Assembly: GCA_018402085.1 (NCBI GenBank)
Contig: JAGYJM010000001.1
Location: 28,562 to 92,561, forward strand
DNA length: 64,000 bases
Direction of reading: 5' to 3'
Origin: Flavobacteriales bacterium
GTDB lineage: Bacteria > Bacteroidota > Bacteroidia > Flavobacteriales_D > Sanyastnellaceae
Positions 50,738 to 59,238 of this stretch are shown here, in pieces (positions within the stretch are counted from its first letter, which is position 1; each line of letters opens with the position of its first letter). The position numbers were made by a program, and so were the translations under genes. The notes below the pieces were generated by a model, which ran no database searches, was not told the DNA's origin, and saw nothing but the letters and a program-made list of their open reading frames with translations.

Positions 50738-51826
50738 CTAAGAAGTTCGAAATGTGAATTCGCCGGCGAGCAAGCGCTTTACCCCTGCGCTCAGCTTACG
50801 ATGGTGACGCTCAAAAATGAGGTAAAAGGCGTATGCTAAGACGTTTGAAAGCAAGAACGCAACTACGAACTTCATGATACTGCTGAGTTCGAAAGTGTCA
50901 GTATATAGCATGATCGGGTAGTGCAGTAGGTAAAGAGAATAGCTGTAGGCAGCATTCCACTTGAGTGATTTGAAAACAGCAGAGAGGAAGGCTGAAGAGC
51001 CTTGTTGAAAGGTGGTGACCGATGAATAGAAGAACAGGATGAAAGCAATGACAGCGAAATCTCGCGCAAAAAACAAACACAGAATAGTCAATATCAAAGT
51101 AGGAACAGGAAGGTACTGAATCATGGAGTGAGCATTCAGGTTTCGACTAAAATAGTAGATGCCTGCTCCTGCCAGCCAGATAGCTGAAACGGCATGGCCG
51201 GCACGCCCTTCCAGGAATAAGAAAGCTCCTGCATAGCTTATTCCGATGAAGGCAGGAATCACATGAATGAGCCGAAACTCCTTAGGGCGCATGAAAAAAA
51301 TGAGTCCGTAGAGTACGTACATCCACCATTCTACACAGAGTGACCAAAGGGGAAGATTGCCGGCGAAGAAATATGCCGTAAGATCAGTGCCAAGTAAGGG
51401 GTCGGCAACATGGTAAGTAAAGAAAGGGTGATCGTACAGCAAGAACAATGCTGACAGGAAACTTCCGGTGATCGGTTTGATGTCAAGCAAGTAGGGTTCG
51501 GCATACAGCCACATGAGAAGGCCGGTGAAAGCCAAAACGGGCAGTAATACGGAATAGATTCTTCCGAACCGATCGGCCATGTAGTTTCTAAAGCCGTAGG
51601 CTCTTGACTTTTTATCAGTGGTGAAAGCAATTAAATAGCCTGAAAGCACAAAAAATATGAGAACCGCGAATGAAGGTAGATAAGCAATGACCTGCGAATC
51701 GCTCAGCTCAAAGTGAACGAGAAGGTGGCCAATGCATACCAATTGGGCACTTACGGCCCTCAGGAAATGAAGGAATTGAGAGTTGAGCGAAGAAAGAGAG
51801 GCGTTGTTCAAGGTAGTAAATGGCAT
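50738..51826 (-). CDS. Acyltransferase family 3 membrane protein
   Basis: 362 aa, about 10 TM helices. N-terminal FLHFLRAVSAQLVCIGHLL resembles the Acyl_transf_3 R...A...V...H motif. Confidence 0.75.
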   Translation of the reverse strand: MPFTTLNNASLSSLNSQFLHFLRAVSAQLVCIGHLLVHFELSDSQVIAYLPSFAVLIFFVLSGYLIAFTTDKKSRAYGFRNYMADRFGRIYSVLLPVLAFTGLLMWLYAEPYLLDIKPITGSFLSALFLLYDHPFFTYHVADPLLGTDLTAYFFAGNLPLWSLCVEWWMYVLYGLIFFMRPKEFRLIHVIPAFIGISYAGAFLFLEGRAGHAVSAIWLAGAGIYYFSRNLNAHSMIQYLPVPTLILTILCLFFARDFAVIAFILFFYSSVTTFQQGSSAFLSAVFKSLKWNAAYSYSLYLLHYPIMLYTDTFELSSIMKFVVAFLLSNVLAYAFYLIFERHHRKLSAGVKRLLAGEFTFRTS

Positions 51827-51913
51827 GGCTGGGCAACGAAAGTAAAACGTTTATTTAAAGAACAGGTCAAGTAATGATGAACGTCTCTGGCAATTGTATG
51901 TTATTTCAGCAAT

Positions 51914-53518
51914 ATGGCAGCAGTTCAACCCGAATCAAACGAAACAGCCACGGCGCATGCGGAGGCGCAGCTTTCACCTCGCCGTGATCGCATCCGGAAC
52001 CTGGCAGATGCACTGTGTGACGGACTCTATGAACGAGACGAGGTAATGCGCCTTGCCCTGCTCACGGCGGTAGCGGGAGAAAGTATTTTCTTGCTGGGCC
52101 CCCCGGGAGTGGGTAAAAGCCTGATCGCCCGCCGCCTCAAATACGCCTTCGCGGAGGGCAAAACTTTTGAGTACCTCATGACGCGCTTCTCCACTCCTGA
52201 TGAGGTCTTTGGTCCGATTTCAATCCGCCGCCTGAAAGACGAAGACCGTTACGAGCGCATCACAGAAAACTACATGCCCGATGCCAGCGTCGTTTTTCTC
52301 GACGAGATATGGAAATCCAGCAGCTCTATTCAAAACGCACTGCTCACGATTATAAACGAGCGGGTGTATAGAAATGGTCAACAAGAAGTGCCGGTGAATA
52401 TCCGCGCGATTTTGACGGCTTCAAATGAGCTGCCACCGGTGGGTGAGAGCTTTGGTCCGCTGTGGGACCGTCTGCTCGTCCGCTATGACGTGGAAGGCAT
52501 CCGACGGAGCGACAACTTCGTAGAGATGATTACTGATACACGAGAAGTGTACGACGATCCGGTGAAGGCCGAGTTGAAGATCACTCACAAGGAGCTCGAC
52601 GATTGGAACACCGCCATCGATGAGGTTGCTGTGCCCGATGAGGTCTTACGCTCGCTGCAGATGATCCGCGAACGCATCACGCAGTGGAACGAGAAGAAGG
52701 GCGCCAGTCAACCGATCCTGATCTACGACCGCCGTTGGAAGAAAATCATTCGCCTCATTCGTAGCAGTGCCTTTTTAAACGGACGCGACCAGGTTGACCT
52801 TATGGATCTTTTCCTCATTCTCCATTGCTTGTGGAACCACCCGTCGCAGCTCGAACCCTTGCGAGAAATCGTGGCACGAACTATTCGCGAACACGGATAC
52901 AGCATTGCCTTGCCCTTAGGCGGACTCATGAAAGAAGTTGAAGAATTCGAATACGAAGTTGATGAAGAAATCACCGTAAAAACGGTGGATGAGGACGAGG
53001 TGCTGACCCCATTTGATGACCTTTGGTACCAGCTCGAAAAACCCGACCAGCAGTTTGAAGGAAGCTACATCAAAGTCATAGACTTCAATCGCCTCAAACT
53101 CGAAGAGCAAGAGGTAACCAACTTCTACGACCCGGATGGGAAACTCGTGAACCGGCTGGGTGCCGCCAAGTCGCGCACACCTTTCAGCATTGTGGTCAGA
53201 CACAATAGCAAAGACCACACGTACCGATTGGTCACTCACAAGCGAGAGCAAGAGAAGACCATCCGCCGCAAGGCACATGACGTTGTGGTGAAGCACTGGA
53301 ATAAACGTTACGCAGCCCTGCGCGAAGACCTCGATAATGCACTCGTGAAAATTAAATCAGACCGCCCCACTCATTGGGAGGCCCTGCAAGATCACCTCTT
53401 CACCGACCAGCGTCTCGCCCCCCTCGTGAAAGCAAACCTCGAAGAAGTGGGCGAGTCGCTCGAGAAGCTGTCGCTCCGACTTGAAAAATTGCGCTACCGT
53501 TATGAAGAAGAAGGTTGA
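51914..53518 (+). CDS. ravA: AAA+ ATPase RavA (MoxR family)
   Basis: LYERDEVMRLALLTAVAGESIFLLGPPGVGKSLIARRLKYAF...FEYLMTRFSTPDEVFGPISIRRLKDEDRYERITENYMPDASVVFLDEIWKSSSSIQNALLTIINERVYRNG aligns almost residue for residue with E. coli RavA as I remember it. DRRWKKIIRLIRSSAFLNGR is also conserved. Confidence 0.9.
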   Translation: MAAVQPESNETATAHAEAQLSPRRDRIRNLADALCDGLYERDEVMRLALLTAVAGESIFLLGPPGVGKSLIARRLKYAFAEGKTFEYLMTRFSTPDEVFGPISIRRLKDEDRYERITENYMPDASVVFLDEIWKSSSSIQNALLTIINERVYRNGQQEVPVNIRAILTASNELPPVGESFGPLWDRLLVRYDVEGIRRSDNFVEMITDTREVYDDPVKAELKITHKELDDWNTAIDEVAVPDEVLRSLQMIRERITQWNEKKGASQPILIYDRRWKKIIRLIRSSAFLNGRDQVDLMDLFLILHCLWNHPSQLEPLREIVARTIREHGYSIALPLGGLMKEVEEFEYEVDEEITVKTVDEDEVLTPFDDLWYQLEKPDQQFEGSYIKVIDFNRLKLEEQEVTNFYDPDGKLVNRLGAAKSRTPFSIVVRHNSKDHTYRLVTHKREQEKTIRRKAHDVVVKHWNKRYAALREDLDNALVKIKSDRPTHWEALQDHLFTDQRLAPLVKANLEEVGESLEKLSLRLEKLRYRYEEEG

Positions 53519-55157
53519 GCTTCAGGATGAGCTGAAGAAAGAGCTCGATGACGCGGCTGATCGCTTCATTGCTTACGGAGGGGTTCTCGACCGCAGCACC
53601 CGTAGCTACGTTGCTGCCTGGCTGCAAGACAAATTACTGCCGGGAACCGCCGACCTCGACGAATTGCAGCCGGGTTACTTCCGCCATTTTCGGATTGCCT
53701 TAGACGAGGTGCTCGGCGATGAAATTCTGCAGGAAGTCACCTCTAAACACCAGCACCTCGCCGTGCAAGTGGTCAAAGACCTGATGGTTTGGTTCAGACG
53801 CAATTTCGGAGAAGTGACCGAAGGTCATCCTTACGAGTTTGAAGAGAACGATCATGGCAGCTGGACGGTTCGCCCCATGGCACACGTCTATGACAGGTGG
53901 GGCTTCTTCACACAAGCTCTCCACAACCATTACACCAGCAAAGAAGTAGAGAGCAACTACCACACCGATCGCGTTAAAGCGCTCAAGCAGGAACACAAGA
54001 GCTGGGAGGCCCTCAGTGCTGACCAACAGCAGGAAGTTGAGCGGCTTTTTGATGACCTCCTGGGCCAATGGGATGCACGCCTGCAGGCAAAAATTCTCGA
54101 GTACCAACTGCGTCAGGCGCAAGACAAAATCAATGACCTCGGCGAGTCATTGCTCGGGAAAGCACGTGAATTCAAGCAGCTCGATGACCTCATTGAGCCC
54201 TTCGCCGGTTATGCGGCACGCTACTGGGACCTTAGCCGCGAGTTGTGGCAAGACCAGAGTTTTGATGTGGTTGAACGCTACCGTGAACTGCTCGAAAATG
54301 AAGAAGAACTGAAAGAACTCGCAGACCTCCTCGGTAAAATGCGCCAGGCAGAACTCATCACCGAAGAAGAAGAGTTCACCGAAACCACCATCCACCGTGC
54401 TGAGTTTTCTGACCCAAACCGCCGCGAAGAGGTGGTAGGGATCTTTGAGAGTGACGACCTCAATCACTTAGTGTCATCAGAAGCCGCCTTGCTTTCAGAA
54501 CCCCAGACTGAGAGCATCTTTCTGAAGCGTTATGCAGATAAAGGACTGCTCACGCAGCAATTTGAAACCAAGTTCACCACAGATCGCACCGACCAGGAGC
54601 AACGGGTTTTTCAACGCACGAAAAAAAAAGAGAAAGGTCCGTTCATTGTCTGCGTTGACACCTCCGGTTCGATGGAGGGACTTCCGGAGCAAATCGCCAA
54701 GGTGCTGTGCTTCGGCATCATGAAAATGGCTGCAGCCGAGAACCGCCGCGCTTTCCTTATCAACTTTTCAACAGGAGTTAAAACGCTTGATTTGCTGAAC
54801 ATTGCAGATAGCATTGATGAGCTGGCACATTTTCTGAAGATGAGCTTTGAGGGCGGCACAGACATCTCTTTAGCCCTGCATGAATCGCTTGAGCAACTGC
54901 AGGATAAAAACTACAAAGATGCCGATGTGCTGGTTATTTCGGATTTCATCATGTACAAACTCGACCCTCAGGTGGCTCGCCGTATGGAGTTTCAGCAGGT
55001 TAATCACAACACGAAATTCCACAGTCTGATTATCTCTGATGAAGCCAACGAGGGCATCATCGAACTCTTTGACAACGTGTGGATCTACGACCCGAACGTG
55101 AAAGGAATCATCCGAAGTATCCGGGAGGATCTGCGGGAAGTGATGACAGCTCAGTAA
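53502..55157 (+). CDS. viaA: VWA-domain protein, ViaA-like partner of RavA
   Basis: C-terminal VWA domain with MIDAS motif: PFIVCVDTSGSMEG...AFLINFSTG...FEGGTDISLAL...DADVLVISDF. The N-terminus is long and helical. The ATG at 53502 overlaps the ravA stop by 17 nt. Confidence 0.8.
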   Translation: MKKKVELQDELKKELDDAADRFIAYGGVLDRSTRSYVAAWLQDKLLPGTADLDELQPGYFRHFRIALDEVLGDEILQEVTSKHQHLAVQVVKDLMVWFRRNFGEVTEGHPYEFEENDHGSWTVRPMAHVYDRWGFFTQALHNHYTSKEVESNYHTDRVKALKQEHKSWEALSADQQQEVERLFDDLLGQWDARLQAKILEYQLRQAQDKINDLGESLLGKAREFKQLDDLIEPFAGYAARYWDLSRELWQDQSFDVVERYRELLENEEELKELADLLGKMRQAELITEEEEFTETTIHRAEFSDPNRREEVVGIFESDDLNHLVSSEAALLSEPQTESIFLKRYADKGLLTQQFETKFTTDRTDQEQRVFQRTKKKEKGPFIVCVDTSGSMEGLPEQIAKVLCFGIMKMAAAENRRAFLINFSTGVKTLDLLNIADSIDELAHFLKMSFEGGTDISLALHESLEQLQDKNYKDADVLVISDFIMYKLDPQVARRMEFQQVNHNTKFHSLIISDEANEGIIELFDNVWIYDPNVKGIIRSIREDLREVMTAQ

Positions 55158-56122
55158 CCCGTTTTTTCGCGCACACGAGACAGCACGCCTTTCGCAACCG
55201 CGCGTGCCTTCTCGGCACCAATCGCCAGTGCTTCGTCAATTTGTGACTTATCGGCCATCAGCGTGTGGTACTTGTCGCGCGCGGCTCCAAAACGCTCAAT
55301 CAGGGCTTGATGCAAGTCGTTTTTCGCATGTCCCCACCCGTAACCGCCAGCGCGTAGTTTTTGGGCAAGCTCTGCAGTAGCTTCGGGTGTTGCCACCAGT
55401 TGGTGCAGCTGATACACCACCGCACTGTCAGGATCTTTTGGCTCTTCGAGTGGCGTGGCATCGGTCACAATTTGCTTATTGATAAGCTTCTTCAGCGGTT
55501 TATCTTCGAGAAAGACATCGATGGTGTTGCCACGCGACTTACTCATCTTTTCACCGTCGGTGCCGGGCACGTGCATGGTGTCTTCGCGCAATTGCTCTTT
55601 GGGCAGCACAAAAGTCTCTCCCATTTTGTGGTTGAAACGAGCCGCCACATCGCGTGTCATTTCGAGGTGCTGCAGCTGGTCTTTACCCACCGGCACGTAC
55701 TCGGCATCATACAGCAAGATGTCAGCCGCCATGAGCATCGGGTACACGAAAAGTCCTGCATTCACATCTTCAAGACGATCGGCTTTGTCTTTGAACGAAT
55801 GCGCCAGCGTCAGGCGCTGGTAGGGGAAGAAACATTGGAGGTACCACGTCAGTTCGGTCACTTCCGGTACATCAGACTGGCGGTAGAAAACCGTTTTTTT
55901 CGGGTCTAAACCGAATGCCAGCCACGTCGCCGCTACAGAGTAGGTATTGTAGCGAAGCGTCTCTGCATCTTTGATCTGCGTGAGCGAGTGCATGTCTGCA
56001 ATGAACAGAAATGATTCATTATCAGGAGCTTTTGCAAGCTCGATCGCCGGGATGATCGCTCCCAGAATATTCCCGAGGTGCGGTGTGCCGGTGCTTTGAA
56101 TTCCGGTAAGAATGCGTGCCAT
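55151..56122 (-). CDS. trpS: Tryptophan--tRNA ligase
   Basis: MARILTGIQSTGTPHLGNILGAI (HIGH-type motif) and KMSKS. Start trimmed from 56224 to the ATG at 56122. The 3' end overlaps the viaA 3' end by 7 nt (convergent). Confidence 0.92.
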   Translation of the reverse strand: MARILTGIQSTGTPHLGNILGAIIPAIELAKAPDNESFLFIADMHSLTQIKDAETLRYNTYSVAATWLAFGLDPKKTVFYRQSDVPEVTELTWYLQCFFPYQRLTLAHSFKDKADRLEDVNAGLFVYPMLMAADILLYDAEYVPVGKDQLQHLEMTRDVAARFNHKMGETFVLPKEQLREDTMHVPGTDGEKMSKSRGNTIDVFLEDKPLKKLINKQIVTDATPLEEPKDPDSAVVYQLHQLVATPEATAELAQKLRAGGYGWGHAKNDLHQALIERFGAARDKYHTLMADKSQIDEALAIGAEKARAVAKGVLSRVREKTGY

Positions 56123-56126
56123 GAAG

Positions 56127-56134
56127 CAAAAATA
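56127..56134 (-). promoter_or_regulatory. Candidate -7 box (TATTTTTG) only 4 nt upstream of the trpS ATG
   Basis: The minus strand reads TATTTTTGcttcATG, an exact match to TAnnTTTG. If functional, the trpS mRNA would be leaderless or nearly so. Confidence 0.3.
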
Positions 56135-56226
56135 AGCTTCCCCGATGGATTGTGGTGGGTTGAGGTGGGGTGTATTATGCATGAACACCTGATGTGCAAA
56201 GAGAGGGTTCGTAATCGGCGTCATTC

Positions 56227-56249
56227 GGACGCATTAAATGCGTCCCTAC
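56227..56249 (-). repeat. REP element (GTAG plus an 8-bp-stem hairpin), inverted relative to the array at 56891..57318
   Basis: The minus strand reads GTAG-GGACGCAT-TTA-ATGCGTCC, preceded by gtgattt (compare ggtgtatttg in the array units). Confidence 0.75.
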
Positions 56250-56268
56250 AAATCACATCCAATTGAAA

Positions 56269-56290
56269 AGAGCCGCAAGAATGCGGCTCT
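56269..56290 (-). terminator. Strong hairpin with a minus-strand T-run, terminator-like, between the RAYT gene and trpS
   Basis: agagccgca-agaa-tgcggctct (9-bp stem). The minus strand continues TTTTCAATT. Confidence 0.4.
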
Positions 56291-56370
56291 GATCACACCA
56301 ATAAAAAATAAAGTGGCATTCATAAAACGAGTGTTGAGTATGGTCGATTTCTTCTAAGATTTAGCCAAAA

Positions 56371-56850
56371 ATGGAACGGAAGAGCCCTCGTAAGAATAAT
56401 TGGGACTACTCAGCAAAGGCAACGTATTTGATTACGATTGTGTGTTTGAATCGGAGTGAATTTCTCGGTCAGCTTGCAGGCGATAGAGTAACTCTGAGTG
56501 CTATCGGCAAAATTGTTGAGAACCGGTGGAAAGCAACCGGGGAGATGAACCTTCACATAGAATTGATCACGTCAGTCATAATGCCTGATCATTTTCACGG
56601 AGTGATCCGCTTCAAGAAGAGCACCCATTCTCAAGGCCGTCACTTTGGGCCACAAAAAATGAATCTTGCCTCCGTCATTCGCGGGTTCAAGTCAAGCGTC
56701 ACATCGAGAGCGATAAGAATTAACCCCAGTTTTGCATGGCAACCTCGCTATCACGACCGAATCCTCCACACTCCTGACGCTGTCTCTAAGGCAATCATTT
56801 ATGTCCGTGACAACCCCAAAAGAGCAGCACAGAAAAAACGGTATTGCTAA
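56371..56850 (+). CDS. REP-associated tyrosine transposase (RAYT; IS200/IS605-like Y1 HUH transposase)
   Basis: 159 aa. ATYLITIVCLNRSEFLG..., HUH motif in VIMPDHFHGVIRF, SVIRGFKSSVT, catalytic Tyr region FAWQPRYHDRILHTPDAVSKAIIYVRDNPKR. Flanked by GTAG-type REP hairpins on both sides. Confidence 0.88.
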   Translation: MERKSPRKNNWDYSAKATYLITIVCLNRSEFLGQLAGDRVTLSAIGKIVENRWKATGEMNLHIELITSVIMPDHFHGVIRFKKSTHSQGRHFGPQKMNLASVIRGFKSSVTSRAIRINPSFAWQPRYHDRILHTPDAVSKAIIYVRDNPKRAAQKKRYC

Positions 56851-56869
56851 GGCCGCATTTTTGCGGCCT
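56850..56869 (+). other. Hairpin immediately after the RAYT stop codon (no T-run)
   Basis: aggccgca-tttt-tgcggcct, 8-bp stem. Confidence 0.5.
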
Positions 56870-56890
56870 CCGGTTCACACGTTACACCTT

Positions 56891-57318
56891 GTAGGGACGC
56901 ACCTCGTGCGTCCTATGTTTTATGTGGTGTATTTGGTAGGGACGCACCTCGTGCGTCCTATGTTTTGTGTGGTGTATTTGGTAGGGACGCACCTCGTGCG
57001 TCCTATGTTTTGTGTGGTGTATTTGGTAGGGACGCACCTCGTGCGTCCTATGTTTTGTGTGGTGTATTTGGTAGGGACGCACCTCGTGCGTCCTATGTTT
57101 TGTGTGGTGTATTTGGTAGGGACGCACCTCGTGCGTCCTATGTTTTGTGTGGTGTATTTGGTATGGACGCACCTCGTGCGTCCTATGTTTTGTGTGGTGC
57201 ATTTGGTATGGACGCACCTCGTGCGTCCTTTGTTTTATGTGGTGTATTTGGTAGGCACGCACCTCGTGCGTCCGTTGTTTTATGTGGTGCATTTCGTAGA
57301 GACGCATCTTGTGCGTCC
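56891..57318 (+). repeat. Head-to-tail array of 10 REP units with a 45-bp period
   Basis: Unit GTAGGGACGCACCTCGTGCGTCCTATGTTTTGTGTGGTGTATTTG. Starts at 56891, 56936, 56981, 57026, 57071, 57116, 57161, 57206, 57251 and 57296. Each carries GTAG plus the hairpin GGACGCAC-CTC-GTGCGTCC. The last four units carry substitutions (GTAT, GGCACGC, GAGACGCATCTTGTGCGTCC). Confidence 0.92.
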
Positions 57319-57445
57319 ATCGCAATTAGCGGGCCATTGTCCGCTTACGAGATCCCGTGGCAAAGCACACCAACGCTCGTTATTCGCCACTTTGTTTTCC
57401 ATTTCGACTTCCATTTCCACTTCCATTCTCTAACTTCCGCCACGG

Positions 57446-59209
57446 ATGGCCTCCGTTCATAACCGATACCGGATCATTTTATGCGTGCTCATCGCCGGAG
57501 CGCTGAGCCTGTCATGTTCAAAGGTGAACTTCAAGCACCAATTGAGCTGGGATGCGTTTGGATATTACCTCTACTTACCGGCACTTTTTATCTACGATGA
57601 CCCCGACTTGAGTGAGTCTTGGGTTGATGATACGTATGAAAAATATTACGTTTCAGATACGCAGTATCAACTCAATACACAGCCCGATGGTAGTCGGGTT
57701 ATTAAGTATCCCGCAGGTCTCGCCATTCTCTACACACCCGGCTTTATTGCAGGTCACCTCTATGCGCTCTCAAATGAGAAGCATGCGGCTGATGGCTTCT
57801 CGCCCCCATACGCAATCGCTGTTACGCTGTGGTGTCTCCTGTTGATCAGCGCCGGAGTTTTCCTCTTTTTTGAGTTTCTGCGCCGCCTTTTCAATTCGCA
57901 TGCGGCGTTCATCACCACCCTGGCCCTGCTGGCGGGTACGAATTTTCTCGCTACGGCCTACCTGACACCGGTGATGCCTCACGGCTTGCTCTTTTTGCTC
58001 TATGTGCTCCTGCTTTTTTTCACCGCAAAAGCGGTGGATGCGAACAGCTTCCGACATGCCGCTATGGCTGCCTTTGTATTCGGTTTGATCGCTCTGTCAC
58101 GGGCAAGTGAGATCGTTGCCCTGGTAATACCACTTACCTACGGATTAGCTTCCGGTAAAGGCCTGCTTTCAAGGGATGGGATGCTCAGGAAACAGGGAGC
58201 TTTAAGACGATGGCTGGTGCTCGCGGCGATTATCCTTGTAATGGGAGGCATTCAACTGGTGTACTGGAAGCTTACCGCGGGTGAACTCATCTACAATAGC
58301 TATGATAATCCGGGCGAGGGACTGGATCTTTGGTCGCCCCACCTCAGAGAGAGCCTGTTTTCCTTTCGCAAAGGGTGGTGGCTGTATACACCTATGGCGC
58401 TGCTGGCGTTTGTCGGAATCTTTCATCCGGCGCTTTCGCGCCGAGGATGGAGAATACCCCTTCTACTTTTCATGACACTCACTATCTGGCTCGTTTCTTC
58501 ATGGACAACCTGGTGGTTTGCAGACTCATTCGGTCAGCGGGCGTATGTGCAGAGCTATGCGGTACTCTTTATGGGTCTTGCGGTGCTCATCGAGTCGGCA
58601 CAACGCGGTCAGAGGCTGCTGCAATGGGCTGGTGGAAGCGTGCTCGTGCTGCTCATTGCGCTCAACCTGTTTCAAACCTGGCAATTCACGGAGGGTGTTC
58701 TCCCCACAGACCGCATCACTCAGGCTTATTACAATGAAGTTTTTCTCCGTACGTCAAAGCCTGAAGAAGCAGGGCGGCTGCTTTCGGTGAACCGTCAGCA
58801 AAACGGAGCAGGGGCATGGGAGCGGCGAGCATCATACAGAACGACCTTAGATACCAATGTGGTCATTTCATCGCCTCCAGGGGTAGAGGTTAGTGAATTT
58901 CCATATACCTGGATCTTCAAGAGCAGTGATCGCTTTTCAGATGATCATGCCTTTGTGGTGCTTGACTGGGAAGTTCAGGCAGTAGCGCCTCAAGAAGGGC
59001 GTTTCCAACTGGTTACCTGCGCGTTTTACAAGGGAGGCGCTTACAACTGGAGAAGCAATGCCTTCAATCTGACGGAGGCATCGGGGAGCGCACATTTCGT
59101 GACCCCCCATTTCAGAAGTGCAGACGACGAATACCGCATTCAGCTCTGGAATCCTCAGCTCACAACGATTGATTCACTGCGGCTGCGTATACGGGTGCTC
59201 GAGCCCTGA
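57446..59209 (+). CDS. Polytopic membrane protein, GT-C-fold (family 39/83-like) glycosyltransferase candidate
   Basis: 587 aa with about 11 hydrophobic helices in the first 400 aa and a soluble C-terminal domain. N-terminal loop SWDAFGYYLYLPALFIYDD resembles the acidic first-loop motif of GT-C enzymes. The family call is tentative. Confidence 0.6.
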   Translation: MASVHNRYRIILCVLIAGALSLSCSKVNFKHQLSWDAFGYYLYLPALFIYDDPDLSESWVDDTYEKYYVSDTQYQLNTQPDGSRVIKYPAGLAILYTPGFIAGHLYALSNEKHAADGFSPPYAIAVTLWCLLLISAGVFLFFEFLRRLFNSHAAFITTLALLAGTNFLATAYLTPVMPHGLLFLLYVLLLFFTAKAVDANSFRHAAMAAFVFGLIALSRASEIVALVIPLTYGLASGKGLLSRDGMLRKQGALRRWLVLAAIILVMGGIQLVYWKLTAGELIYNSYDNPGEGLDLWSPHLRESLFSFRKGWWLYTPMALLAFVGIFHPALSRRGWRIPLLLFMTLTIWLVSSWTTWWFADSFGQRAYVQSYAVLFMGLAVLIESAQRGQRLLQWAGGSVLVLLIALNLFQTWQFTEGVLPTDRITQAYYNEVFLRTSKPEEAGRLLSVNRQQNGAGAWERRASYRTTLDTNVVISSPPGVEVSEFPYTWIFKSSDRFSDDHAFVVLDWEVQAVAPQEGRFQLVTCAFYKGGAYNWRSNAFNLTEASGSAHFVTPHFRSADDEYRIQLWNPQLTTIDSLRLRIRVLEP

Positions 59210-59238
59210 CAGACACATTCGCTACTTTTACCAACCGC

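Larger units (their letters stand above)
56227..57318 (+). mobile_element. RAYT locus: inverted REP, RAYT gene, then a 10-unit REP array
   Basis: See the component features. The REPs on the two sides are in opposite orientation, the classical RAYT arrangement. Confidence 0.75.

Noticed and set aside
56732-57462. Three long ORFs across the 45-bp repeat array (233 aa on plus, 165 aa on plus, 147 aa on minus). I also considered whether the array is a CRISPR locus.
   Set aside because: The peptides are pure repeats of the translated REP unit (VGTHLVRPMFCVVYL...). The array is not CRISPR because the 22-nt segments between hairpins are the same in every unit (no unique spacers), the period is 45 bp, and no cas genes are nearby.
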